From: Atribacterota bacterium
GTDB lineage: Bacteria > Atribacterota > Phoenicimicrobiia > Phoenicimicrobiales > Phoenicimicrobiaceae
DNA length: 64,000 nucleotides
NCBI GenBank assembly: GCA_030605615.1
Contig: JAUWHZ010000024.1
Span: 1,680-65,679, forward strand
Direction: 5' to 3'
The notes below the pieces were generated by a model, which had not been told where the DNA came from, did no database searches, and saw nothing but the letters and a program-made list of their open reading frames with translations. Below, in pieces: positions 1 to 9,620 of this stretch. Numbering within the stretch: position 1 is the stretch's first letter; each line of letters starts with the position of its first letter. Both the position numbers and the translations under genes were made by a program.

Positions 1-939
1 GTCTTCTTTAGACAGAGAATATTTTTCCGGATTTATTTCTTTTGTATTTGTTTCTTGGGTTACAATCCCAGGAATTTCTTCCAGAATATCCTGATAAGTA
101 TTTATTAATTTCGCTCCTTGTTTTATCAAATTATGCGTACCATTTGACATTGAAGAGGTTATATTTCCTGGAACAGCAAAAACTTCTCTACCTTGTTCAA
201 GGGCAAAATCAGTAGTTATTAAGGCTCCACTCTTTTCTGCAGCTTCTACTACCACTGTTCCTAAACTTAATCCACTAATAACGCGGTTTCTTCGAGGAAA
301 ATTCTGCCTTTCTGGCAAAGTAGAAAAAGAAAATTCAGTTATTATTGCTCCTGATTCTTCAATCTCTTTCGCTAACCTTCTATTTTCAGGGGGATAAATA
401 AGATCAATTCCACAACCCAATACCGCAATCGTCCGGCCATTTACTGATAATGCACCTTTATGAGCCGCTGTATCAATTCCTCGAGCCATTCCACTTATTA
501 TAGTCAATCCAACTAAAGCTAAATCCTTACTTAAATTTTCTGCTACCATTTTTCCATAGTATGTAGCTTTTCTTGAACCCACGATTGAAATAGAATTTTT
601 ATCTTTTTCTATAATGCTTCCTTTAAAATATAAAACCGGGGGAGGATCATGAATTTCTTTTAAATTCTGCGGATATAATCCATCATTTATAGTTAATACT
701 CTAACTTTATGCTGATCTAATAAATCTAATTCTTTGTTCGGGTTGATATTATTCTTTTCTTCGGAAATTCTGGAGGAAATTTTATTGCTCAAACTTAGCA
801 CTTTTAATATTTCTCCTGACTTTGCATGCCAGGCATTCTCGGCTGAACCAAAATATTTAATTAGTTTATGAAATCTTTTTGGCCCTATATCTGATATTTT
901 ATTCCAGGCCAACCAATATTTTAATTCTTGTTCTTTCAC
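1..939 (-). CDS. dprA: DNA processing protein DprA (Smf), partial; C-terminus lies beyond the window start
   Basis: Reverse-strand translation gives ...ELKYWLAWNKISDIGPKRFHKL..SIVGSRKATYYGK..GMARGIDTAAHKGAL..., the DprA Rossmann signature. A GTG at 939 sits 6 nt after GAGGAAGGAG and is taken as the start. The frame is open to position 1. Confidence 0.8.
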   Translation of the reverse strand, partial: MKEQELKYWLAWNKISDIGPKRFHKLIKYFGSAENAWHAKSGEILKVLSLSNKISSRISEEKNNINPNKELDLLDQHKVRVLTINDGLYPQNLKEIHDPPPVLYFKGSIIEKDKNSISIVGSRKATYYGKMVAENLSKDLALVGLTIISGMARGIDTAAHKGALSVNGRTIAVLGCGIDLIYPPENRRLAKEIEESGAIITEFSFSTLPERQNFPRRNRVISGLSLGTVVVEAAEKSGALITTDFALEQGREVFAVPGNITSSMSNGTHNLIKQGAKLINTYQDILEEIPGIVTQETNTKEINPEKYSLSKED

Positions 940-1162
940 CTGACACTCCTTCCTCGATTCCTTACGGGTTCGATAAATCGAAACTCTACATTTACATAGA
1001 CAGGCGAGACGCCTTTCCTACACTGGATGTTGAGATTGCTTCGTCGCTTCGCTCCTCGCAATGACAGAAAATATTTCACCCTCACCCTGCCCTCTCCCCT
1101 CAAGGGAGAGGGAGATTGGGAATGACATTGTACACGTAATTTGCAATGCGATATGCGATATA

Positions 1163-1708
1163 CTAATAAGAACCTTTGCTAACTAACAGATTCACTGTTT
1201 TGTCTTTTGAAGTTATATTTCCCGGCTCAGGTTTTTGGGCAATAACCTTTTCTTTAGGTATTGAAAAATGATAAGTATAGGTAATTTTACCCAAAGTCAA
1301 TCCATATTCCTGGATAATTGTAATAGCTTCCTTTAACTCTTTATTTCTAAGATCGGGGATATTAACACTAAAAAATTTACCCCCTTTGCTTACCACTACA
1401 TAAATTTCCCTATGTTCTTTTACTTTCGATCCTGCAATTGGATCTTGCCTGATAATACTATTCTGGGAAATATTTTCGTCAAATTCTTCTCCGGATACCT
1501 TTATCTGTAGTCCAGCTTTATATATTTTTTCTTGGGCAACTTCTAAGTCATCGCCAATTACAGAAGGAACGATAGTATCTGGAACATAGAATATATTTTG
1601 AAATATTAGAAAGGCACATACTCCCCCAGCAATCACTATAAAAATTAAAAAAATCAGGGTTATAAACGGTTTAAAAATAAAATGAAATATTCTTCCTATC
1701 CACACCAT
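1163..1708 (-). CDS. PASTA domain-containing membrane protein (N-terminal TM helix plus two PASTA repeats)
   Basis: 181-aa ORF with a hydrophobic N-terminus followed by two roughly 65-aa repeats with PASTA-like spacing (..IGDDLEVAQEKIYKAGL.. / ..LRNKELKEAITIIQEYGL..). Confidence 0.6.
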   Translation of the reverse strand: MVWIGRIFHFIFKPFITLIFLIFIVIAGGVCAFLIFQNIFYVPDTIVPSVIGDDLEVAQEKIYKAGLQIKVSGEEFDENISQNSIIRQDPIAGSKVKEHREIYVVVSKGGKFFSVNIPDLRNKELKEAITIIQEYGLTLGKITYTYHFSIPKEKVIAQKPEPGNITSKDKTVNLLVSKGSY

Positions 1709-1716
1709 TTATGGAC

Positions 1717-3093
1717 CTATCCTTTTCTTATCATTTTTGACATAAAGAACCCATCTAAATCTAAATTAGAAAGTCCGAGATATATCTGGAAAAATTTCTT
1801 TTGATTAGATTTATAAACTTTCAATCTTTTTTCTTTTATAAAATCACTTAAATCTTCTAATTCAAAATTATGGTTTTTGTCTAAAAATTTACCTACTACT
1901 TCTTCGTTCTCTTCTGGCTCGGTACTGCAGGTAGAATATATTAATCTACCTCCAACTTTCACATAATTTGAAGCAGTAGATAATATTTCTCCTTGTAATT
2001 TAGATAGTTCTTGAAATCTTTTTAAATTAAAGGTTTGCCACTTTAAATCAGGTTTTCTTCGTAAAACTCCCAAACCTGAACAGGGAACATCTACCAATAC
2101 TTTATCTGCTTTATTTATATAATTTTTATTTAATTTAGTAACATCATTTAGCTGTGTTTTTACTATATTAATTCCCAGTCTCTGGCAATTATCTTCTACC
2201 ATTGATAATCTTTTTTTATGGGTATCAAAAGCCAAAATAGTACCTTTATTATTCATTAATTGGGCAAAATGAGTAGTTTTTCCTCCTGGGGCACTGCAAA
2301 CATCGATTATGAATTCTCCAGGTAGAGGATCTACTAAATGAGAGACTAATATTGATGCTTCATCTTGAATTTGGAATAATCCTTCCTTGTAAGCAGGGAA
2401 TTTCGTAATATTAGGAAGTCCTTTAAGATACAAGGCTTCTTCGGTAAAAGCACCTTCTTTAACAGTTATATTCTCTTTTTCCAAAAACTTTTTTAAATCT
2501 GAGCGGGATATCTTTAAGGTATTAGTTCTGATTACCAAAGAAGGTATTTTATTATTTGCTTTACATATTTTAATAGTTTCTTTAAATCCAAATCTCTTCA
2601 GCCAACGTTCAATTATCCAATAGGGATGTGAATAAACCACTGATATATATAGAGCAGTTTCTTTATCTTTATCTGGCCAGCGAACATTCTTTCTATCTCG
2701 AATAATATTCCTCAAAATACTATTTACAAACTTAGCTACTTTAGGATTTCCATATTTCTTTGCTAACTGGACGGATTCATTACAAACCGCATAATCAGGA
2801 ACTTTATCTAAAAATAATAATTGATAAACACCCATCCTCAATATATTTTTAATCCAAATTGGTGTTTTATCAAAATTTTTAATAGAAAATTGTGATATTG
2901 CCCAATCTAATTTACTTCTATTTCTTACAACTCCATAGGTTATCTCATTAATAAATGCTGCATCTCTTACAGTAACTTTATTTTTTTCTAAAAAATTGTT
3001 TAATATAATATTAATATAGCTCTTTTTATAATCAATTTTCGCTAAAGCGTTTAAGATGATTTCCCTTATCCAATCAACTTCTACTTTATCCAT
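1717..3093 (-). CDS. rsmB: 16S rRNA (cytosine967-C5)-methyltransferase RsmB/Sun
   Basis: 458 aa with an NusB-like N-terminus and a SAM methyltransferase core (DVCSAPGGKT, catalytic PCSG/TCS motifs). Position after fmt matches Firmicutes order. Confidence 0.85.
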   Translation of the reverse strand: MDKVEVDWIREIILNALAKIDYKKSYINIILNNFLEKNKVTVRDAAFINEITYGVVRNRSKLDWAISQFSIKNFDKTPIWIKNILRMGVYQLLFLDKVPDYAVCNESVQLAKKYGNPKVAKFVNSILRNIIRDRKNVRWPDKDKETALYISVVYSHPYWIIERWLKRFGFKETIKICKANNKIPSLVIRTNTLKISRSDLKKFLEKENITVKEGAFTEEALYLKGLPNITKFPAYKEGLFQIQDEASILVSHLVDPLPGEFIIDVCSAPGGKTTHFAQLMNNKGTILAFDTHKKRLSMVEDNCQRLGINIVKTQLNDVTKLNKNYINKADKVLVDVPCSGLGVLRRKPDLKWQTFNLKRFQELSKLQGEILSTASNYVKVGGRLIYSTCSTEPEENEEVVGKFLDKNHNFELEDLSDFIKEKRLKVYKSNQKKFFQIYLGLSNLDLDGFFMSKMIRKG

Positions 3094-3108
3094 AAACTCA
3101 ATCTATCT

Positions 3109-3789
3109 TTAACCCCTTCTATTCCTTAATACTATAAGCCTTAATAAATGAAACACAGCTACTGCTGCAGCGGCTACATAGGTTAAAGCGGCAGCATTTA
3201 GGACTTTTTTAACCGAAATTATTTCTATATCGGAAATAATATTTTCTTTAATTAACAAATTAACCGCTCTCTTGCTGGCATCAAATTCAACTGGTAAAGT
3301 GACTACTTGAAATAAAACTGCTAACGAAAAAGCGATAATACCAATATCCATCAATCCGGGGAGACTGAATAAAAATCCAATTAAAAACAAAGGAATAGCC
3401 ATACGAGAACCGATGTTGGTAACTGGCACCAGATTACTGCGGATAGTAAGAGGAAAATAATTCGTTGAATCTTGAATGGCGTGGCCTATTTCATGAGCCA
3501 CAATCCCCTGGGCAGCTAATGATTTACCATAATAAACCTCATTAGATAGGCTTAATCTCTTTTTTCTGGGATCATAATGGTCAGAAAGCTTGCCTTCTAT
3601 CGGCTCTATTTTTATATTTCTTAAATTATTTTGTAGTAATAATTCCTGAGCTACTTCCTTCCCGGTTAATCTACTTTTGGCTAATATTTTTGAATACTTT
3701 GTATAAACTGTTTTTACTTTATATTGAGCATAGAGAGTTAAGATGATTGCTGGTACTAAAATAATTATGGTACTGTCGAAAAAAAACAT
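3109..3789 (-). CDS. Putative neutral zinc metallopeptidase (COG2738 family); start moved to the internal ATG preceded by GGAG
   Basis: Family-typical MFFFDSTIIILVPAIIL N-terminus and an HEIGHAIQ zinc motif. GGAGA lies 7 nt upstream of the ATG at 3789. The ORF-track start at 3816 adds 9 residues. Confidence 0.7.
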   Translation of the reverse strand: MFFFDSTIIILVPAIILTLYAQYKVKTVYTKYSKILAKSRLTGKEVAQELLLQNNLRNIKIEPIEGKLSDHYDPRKKRLSLSNEVYYGKSLAAQGIVAHEIGHAIQDSTNYFPLTIRSNLVPVTNIGSRMAIPLFLIGFLFSLPGLMDIGIIAFSLAVLFQVVTLPVEFDASKRAVNLLIKENIISDIEIISVKKVLNAAALTYVAAAAVAVFHLLRLIVLRNRRG

Positions 3790-3910
3790 AAAAAATCTCC
3801 TATTATTTACAATCAATAGACAGGCGAGACGCCTGTCCTACATATATTTATAAACTATCTTACGTGTGTTTATTATCTGTCCTACGTGTATTTATTATGA
3901 CAAATGTGTA

Positions 3911-4828
3911 TTATTTGCCTAAAATATCTCCTACTTTAATTTTATAACCATTAACAAACTGCTGGGCTGACATTTCTTTTGCTCCCGATGGAATTACTTT
4001 TAATATTTTTATAATTCCTTTATCTGCGGTAGAAATTAAAATAGCATTTTTTTCAATCTTGACCACTTCACCAGCGGTGGCGAAATCCAGCTTGAGTTCA
4101 TTTTGATAATTGTATAGAAATCTTGCCATAGTAATCTTAAGTTTTCTTTCCTTATAATAGGTAAAAGCACCTGGGTAAGGGATGGTCCCTCTTATTAAAT
4201 TATAAATTTCTTCCCCTTTATTGTCCCAGATTATTTCTCCATCTTCTTTGGACATTTTCTTAGTATAAGTTGCCAATCGCTTCTCTTGAGGAATCCGTTT
4301 AATATTTCCATTCTTTATTTCTTTTAAAAGGTCATTGATAATCTCTGCACTTAAATTAGATAATCTTTTATTAAGCTCTCCATAGGTTTCATCCGGTAAA
4401 ATAGTTATTTCCCGCTGATCTATAATCTCACCAGCATCTACTTTTTCATTCATAAACATAAAAGTTATTCCAGTCTTTTTTTCACCATTAATGATAGGCC
4501 AATTAATGGGAGCAGCACCGCGATACTTGGGTAGTAATGATGCATGAATATTTATACAGCCTATCCGGGGAATATTCAGCATATCTTTAGAAAGAATTTG
4601 ACCATAAGCAACTACCAAAATAATATCAGGGTTAAATTCTTTTACTTTCTTTATAGATTCCTCTTCATTGATATTCTCAGGTTGAAATACTGTTATTCCC
4701 CTGCTCAGGGCTATTTTTTTAATAGGTGAAGGTAATATTTTTCTACCACGCCCTCGAGGACGATCCGGTTGAGTAATTACTTCTACTATATTTTCTTTAC
4801 AATCTATTAATCTTTCTAAAACCGGCAC
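3911..4828 (-). CDS. fmt: Methionyl-tRNA formyltransferase
   Basis: 305 aa with a formyltransferase core (..NIHASLLPKYRGAAPI..) and an Fmt C-terminal domain. Adjacent to def. Confidence 0.9.
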   Translation of the reverse strand: MPVLERLIDCKENIVEVITQPDRPRGRGRKILPSPIKKIALSRGITVFQPENINEEESIKKVKEFNPDIILVVAYGQILSKDMLNIPRIGCINIHASLLPKYRGAAPINWPIINGEKKTGITFMFMNEKVDAGEIIDQREITILPDETYGELNKRLSNLSAEIINDLLKEIKNGNIKRIPQEKRLATYTKKMSKEDGEIIWDNKGEEIYNLIRGTIPYPGAFTYYKERKLKITMARFLYNYQNELKLDFATAGEVVKIEKNAILISTADKGIIKILKVIPSGAKEMSAQQFVNGYKIKVGDILGK

Positions 4829-4902
4829 TCCAAATTCCGCTGTTCCAATAAAAATAATCTTAAGTATAAGAGATCACCCTTTCTCTTGTAGTGTTTAAAA
4901 AA

Positions 4903-5394
4903 TTACAAAGTTTTTTGCTTTTTCAATTTATTCAACAATAGTTGCCTTTTTACTCTTCCTATTTTATCAATAAATAAAATTCCATCTAAATGGTCAATTT
5001 CATGTTGCAATGCCCTTGCTATTAAACCTTCTTTGGTAATTTCAATCCGTTCTCCCTTCTGATTTAGTCCTTCTACCGTTACCCTGGAAGAACGTTTTAC
5101 TTTACTATACATATCCGGAAAGCTTAAACACCCCTCTTCTTCGTTAACTTCTCCTTCTCTTCTCACAATTTTGGGATTTATTAAAGCTATTAGCCCTTCT
5201 TCCTGACCATCAATAACAATTATTCTTTTTAATACCCCAACTTGCGGGGCAGAAAGACCTACTCCGGAAGCAGTATACATTGTCTCTGCCATATCTCTTA
5301 TAAAATCTGATATTTCCGGAGTTACTTTTTTAACCGGTAATGATTTTTCCCTTAAAACTGGTTCTCCATATTCTTTAATTTCTAATATTGCCAT
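4903..5394 (-). CDS. def: Peptide deformylase
   Basis: All three PDF motifs are present: GLSAPQVG, EGCLSFP and HEIDHLDG. Confidence 0.95.
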   Translation of the reverse strand: MAILEIKEYGEPVLREKSLPVKKVTPEISDFIRDMAETMYTASGVGLSAPQVGVLKRIIVIDGQEEGLIALINPKIVRREGEVNEEEGCLSFPDMYSKVKRSSRVTVEGLNQKGERIEITKEGLIARALQHEIDHLDGILFIDKIGRVKRQLLLNKLKKQKTL

Positions 5395-5421
5395 CTTATT
5401 CTCCTATTACAATATTAATAA

Positions 5422-7413
5422 TTATAACATCTTTACCGGGTCTACATCTATGGTCAATCTATTTTCTTTATCAAAATGATTTAATAATATTTTATCAAGC
5501 CTTTTCTTAAATATCTGGTTGAATTTTTCTAAATCTTTTACTTTTACAATAACTTGTACCTTAAAATTATTTCGAGACTTCCATATCAGTATATTTGTTG
5601 CACCCAATAACTTAAATTCCGGGGCATCTTTTATTTTATAAATTGAATTTAAATAATCAACTAAAAGTTTTGCCTTTTGTTCAACTTTATCTCTTTCTTT
5701 CCCCCTAACCTCAATTCTAATAATATGACTAAAGGGAGGATAATCTAACTCTTCTCTTGATTTTATTTCCGTTGGATAAAAATAGTTATAGTCCCCCTCT
5801 TTGAGAGCGATTATACAGTGATGGTCGGGATTAAAAGTTTGTATAATTACTTCTATAGATAAATCTATTTCTTTAAAAGTGGAAATAACCTCGCTTAACA
5901 GTTGATATGTTTTTTCTCCTGAGCGATAATCCGGCAAATTCAATAAAGTATCCGCAGAAACAATTCCAACCAAAGCAACATTATTGAAATCGACTCCTTT
6001 TATTATCATTTGAGTCCCTATTAATATATCAATTTTTTCTTCTTTAAAATCTTTTAAAATTTTTTCATAATCTTCTCTTTCGTTTATTGAGTCTCTATCT
6101 AAACGTTTTATCCTGGCTCTGGGAAACATCTTTTTGATTTCGCTTTCTAATTTTTGAGTTCCCATTCCTAATGGCCGAATATCTTCACTGCCACATTTAC
6201 CACAAATATCCGTTACTTTCATCCTTTTCCCACAACTATGACAAACCAATTGAGCTGTACTCGAAAAATTCAAATGATAAGAAAGGGTATTATTACAATC
6301 ATCACATTTAGGTATATATCCACATTGGTTACAAATTACAAAACTGGAAAAACCTCTTTTATTTAAAAAAAGCACAATCTGCTTTTTTCTCTTTAAACTT
6401 TTTAAAATAGCTTGTTGAAGTTCATAACTTATTATCTTTTTTTTTGACTTTTCTTTAGTCATATCTATTATTTTATTTTTTAATAAACTTTCATCTTTTC
6501 CATTTGAGATTAAATTCATTTCAAGATAATTCTCCTGAAGAACATTCCAATAAGATTCAAGACAAGGTGTTTCACTGCTTAATATTATCGGAACCTTTTC
6601 TAATTCTGCTCGCTTTAGAGCTACATCTTTAGCATTATATCGAGGAGCTCTTTCTTCTTTATATAAACTGCTATGTTCTTGATCAACTATTATCAAACCT
6701 AACTTATTAAAGGGTACAAATATAGTTGATCTCATCCCCAGCACAATATCAGCTTTAGAATTTCTTATTTTAATCCATTGAATATATTTGTTCTTTTGAT
6801 CTGTCTTTTCATCAAAAATTATAATCCTTTTTCCATATCTTTTCTCAAATAATTTAGCTAACTCCCGTAAGTTAGACTCCGTTGGCGTTAAAATAATTGT
6901 TTGTCTTCCCGCCTTTAAAGTTTTTTGGATGAATTTAAAATAAATTTTTACTCTTTCCTTAAAATTATCGGAACGAAAAAGTACTGGTTTCAGGGGGATA
7001 TTTTCATCACCGTAAAAATTATTATCTTTAGGGAAGCGGGGCTCAGTGGGTGGGCTTTCTATTTTATCAAATTTGGTAATCCATGTTTTCCTGGTTTTGG
7101 GTATAACATAATTTAGGGTCTTTTCCCAGGAACATAGATAATAATTTGAAATCCACTGAGTTAATCTTATAATATCTGGAGTAAGAAGGGGTTTGGTATC
7201 AACTAATTGCGAGATACCTTTTAAGTTTTTAATATTAGTTTTTTTCAGAAATCCCACTACACATCCTGTTGTCACCTTATTTTTAAAAGGTATAAGCACT
7301 CGGGCTCCTACAGAAATTTTATCTCTTAAATTTTCAGGTATACAGTAGTGAAATATTTTATTAAGATTATATTCTAATATTACTATTTCTGCATATTTCT
7401 CTTCACCATACAT
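5422..7413 (-). CDS. priA: Primosomal protein N' (replication restart helicase PriA)
   Basis: 663 aa with a DEAD/DEAH helicase core (DQEHS) and a Cys-rich zinc-binding insert (CNQCGYIPKCDDCN..CHSCG..CGKCG). Confidence 0.9.
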   Translation of the reverse strand: MYGEEKYAEIVILEYNLNKIFHYCIPENLRDKISVGARVLIPFKNKVTTGCVVGFLKKTNIKNLKGISQLVDTKPLLTPDIIRLTQWISNYYLCSWEKTLNYVIPKTRKTWITKFDKIESPPTEPRFPKDNNFYGDENIPLKPVLFRSDNFKERVKIYFKFIQKTLKAGRQTIILTPTESNLRELAKLFEKRYGKRIIIFDEKTDQKNKYIQWIKIRNSKADIVLGMRSTIFVPFNKLGLIIVDQEHSSLYKEERAPRYNAKDVALKRAELEKVPIILSSETPCLESYWNVLQENYLEMNLISNGKDESLLKNKIIDMTKEKSKKKIISYELQQAILKSLKRKKQIVLFLNKRGFSSFVICNQCGYIPKCDDCNNTLSYHLNFSSTAQLVCHSCGKRMKVTDICGKCGSEDIRPLGMGTQKLESEIKKMFPRARIKRLDRDSINEREDYEKILKDFKEEKIDILIGTQMIIKGVDFNNVALVGIVSADTLLNLPDYRSGEKTYQLLSEVISTFKEIDLSIEVIIQTFNPDHHCIIALKEGDYNYFYPTEIKSREELDYPPFSHIIRIEVRGKERDKVEQKAKLLVDYLNSIYKIKDAPEFKLLGATNILIWKSRNNFKVQVIVKVKDLEKFNQIFKKRLDKILLNHFDKENRLTIDVDPVKML

Positions 7414-7439
7414 ATTAATAAACTCATCAATTCGATTTT

Positions 7440-8633
7440 TTAATTTATCTTTAAAATCTCATCTAAGATTTTTTCTGCCATATCAGTTTTTGGCATAAGA
7501 GGTAATTCCCGAACTATGCCCTTATTATCGATAATCTTAGCTGTATTTTTATCTGAACCAAATCCTGCTCCTTTTGCTAATAAATCATTAGCAATGATCA
7601 AATCTAAATTTTTTTCTTTTAATTTTTTAGAAGCATTGTGAACTAAATTTTCAGTTTCTGCAGCAAATCCTACTAATATTTTATTCCCTTTTTTCTTCCC
7701 TAACTCATACAGAATATCGGAGGTTTTTTCTAATTCAATAACCATCTTCTTGGTTTCTTCTTTTTTAATTTTTCCTGAAAATATTTCCTTTGGCCGAAAA
7801 TCAGCTACTGCAGCAGCGGAAATTATAATATCTGCCTTTTTAAAACATTTAAATACTTCGTTCTTCATTTCTTCAGCTGTGTTAATTAAAATTGTATCAA
7901 TCCCTTTAACAGTAGGCAGACAAGTAGGTCCGGTAATTAAAATAACTCTTGCTCCTCTGGCCTGAGCAACATCTGCCAAAGCAAAACCCATTTTACCTGA
8001 GGAATAGTTAGAAATAAATCTAACTTTATCAATAGGCTCTCTGGTACAGGAAGCAGTAATTAATACGGTTTTATTTTTATAATCTTTTTTAAACAACAGT
8101 GTATGGTCAACCTTATCTACTATCTCTTTTATATCTGCTAATCGACCCTCTCCTACTTCCCCACAAGCCAAAAGGCCATATTCTGAATCAATAAACTCAT
8201 AACCTAAAGCAACTAGTTTTTTAACATTTTCTTGATAGATAGGGTTAGATATCATATTTTTATTCATTGCGGGAGCAAAAATCACTTTCGATTTGGAGGC
8301 CATCACAGTTGTAGTTAACATATCATCAGCAATACCATGGGCGATTTTACCGATAATATTTGCTGTGGCCGGGGCAATTAATATTAGATCAGCCCACTGG
8401 GAAAGAGAGACATGTTTTATCTCTATCTGGTCATTTAAAGAAAACAAATTAGTTATAACCGGGTGCCCGGAAAGAGTAGAAAAGGTCAAAGGCTGGACAA
8501 ATTTTGTTGCAGGTTCAGTCATAATAACAAAAACATCTGCACCTTTTTTCTTTAACAAACTTAATATCTCCGCAGCTTTATAAGCAGCTATACTCCCGGT
8601 AATCCCCAGGATAATTTTTTTCCCTTTTAACAT
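7440..8633 (-). CDS. coaBC: Bifunctional phosphopantothenoylcysteine decarboxylase/synthetase
   Basis: 397 aa. The flavoprotein N-domain reads KIILGITGSIAAYKA and the C-terminus is DFP/CoaB-like. Confidence 0.9.
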   Translation of the reverse strand: MLKGKKIILGITGSIAAYKAAEILSLLKKKGADVFVIMTEPATKFVQPLTFSTLSGHPVITNLFSLNDQIEIKHVSLSQWADLILIAPATANIIGKIAHGIADDMLTTTVMASKSKVIFAPAMNKNMISNPIYQENVKKLVALGYEFIDSEYGLLACGEVGEGRLADIKEIVDKVDHTLLFKKDYKNKTVLITASCTREPIDKVRFISNYSSGKMGFALADVAQARGARVILITGPTCLPTVKGIDTILINTAEEMKNEVFKCFKKADIIISAAAVADFRPKEIFSGKIKKEETKKMVIELEKTSDILYELGKKKGNKILVGFAAETENLVHNASKKLKEKNLDLIIANDLLAKGAGFGSDKNTAKIIDNKGIVRELPLMPKTDMAEKILDEILKIN

Positions 8634-8697
8634 TTATTTTACCCCACATTTCTCGTATCGCGTGATGCGTATTGCGTATTAGCGTATGAGTAATACT

Positions 8698-8919
8698 TTA
8701 AATGCTATTTTCACTAAATAATTCATCAGCTTTTGCAAGTTCTTCAGATTTTTCAGATGCTTGGATATCTTTAAGATATACTTTTCCTTCGCTAATCTCC
8801 TGCAAGGCAATTAAAACAGGTTTTTTATTTTTAGTTTCTACTAAAGGCTTTTCTCCATCACGTAATTGTTTTGCTCTTTTTGCGACCATCATAGTTAACA
8901 AATATTTATTTTCTACCAT
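8698..8919 (-). CDS. rpoZ: DNA-directed RNA polymerase subunit omega
   Basis: 73 aa with LLTMMVAKRAKQL. Lies between gmk and coaBC as in Firmicutes. Confidence 0.85.
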   Translation of the reverse strand: MVENKYLLTMMVAKRAKQLRDGEKPLVETKNKKPVLIALQEISEGKVYLKDIQASEKSEELAKADELFSENSI

Positions 8920-8963
8920 ACCTCTTTTCCTTTCTCTTATTAAAACGTATTTATTTCTATTTT

Positions 8964-9608
8964 TTATAATTTAAATTTGTTTTTATTATTTATTATTTTA
9001 CATCTTTCAGCAATTATTATAGACTCTAATTTTTTTATGGCAACCTTTATATCATCATTTACGACTAAGTAATCATAACTTTGCATATATCTCATTTCAT
9101 TGCGTGCATCTTTCAATCTTTTTTCAAGATCTTCTTTTGCTTCAGTCCTTCTTTCACGCAATCTCTTTTCTAAATCCTTCCATGATGGAGGGGCAATAAA
9201 AATAAATACCCCCTCTGGAAATTTCTTCTTTACCTGCATAGCTCCCTGAACGTCTATTTCTAATAATACATCTTCTCCCTTTTGAAGTTTATCTACTAAA
9301 AAACCCAAAGGTGTTCCTTTGTAATCTCCGTGAACAAGTGCCCATTCGACAAATTTATTTGCTTTTATCATTTTTTCAAATTTATCTTTAGATACAAAAT
9401 AATAATCAACACCTTCCCTTTCTCCTTTTCGAGAAAAACGAGCAGTTACAGATACTGAGTAGGTTAAATCTGGAATAATTTTAAATATCTCTTCCCTTAT
9501 AGTCCCCTTACCTACTCCGGAGGGACCAGAAATGACAAATAGTAAACCCCTGTTTGCTCTCGTATCGCGTTCAGAGATAAAAGATAAAAAGTCTTTATCG
9601 TTGGTCAT
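8964..9608 (-). CDS. gmk: Guanylate kinase
   Basis: P-loop GPSGVGKGT plus GMP-binding region (..YYFVSKDKFE..). Confidence 0.9.
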   Translation of the reverse strand: MTNDKDFLSFISERDTRANRGLLFVISGPSGVGKGTIREEIFKIIPDLTYSVSVTARFSRKGEREGVDYYFVSKDKFEKMIKANKFVEWALVHGDYKGTPLGFLVDKLQKGEDVLLEIDVQGAMQVKKKFPEGVFIFIAPPSWKDLEKRLRERRTEAKEDLEKRLKDARNEMRYMQSYDYLVVNDDIKVAIKKLESIIIAERCKIINNKNKFKL

Positions 9609-9620
9609 ATTTAAAATTAC

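Noticed and set aside
879-1064. 61-aa plus-strand ORF
   Set aside because: Antisense to the dprA N-terminus and family-B/D repeat spacer. Low-complexity translation.
8293-8583. Plus-strand ORFs antisense to coaBC, priA, nrdD, fts/mur genes and the giant gene (for example 4544-4729, 6925-7116, 7750-7965, 8293-8583, 32654-32896, 33071-33280, 33424-33618, 34966-35175, 36476-36673, 38526-38777, 39073-39326, 39988-40176, 45589-45828, 45938-46147, 49055-49303, 53525-53710, 53848-54159, 54700-54885, 58317-58586, 60039-60224, 61167-61355)
   Set aside because: Each is embedded antisense in a well-supported longer CDS, lacks motifs and has biased composition.
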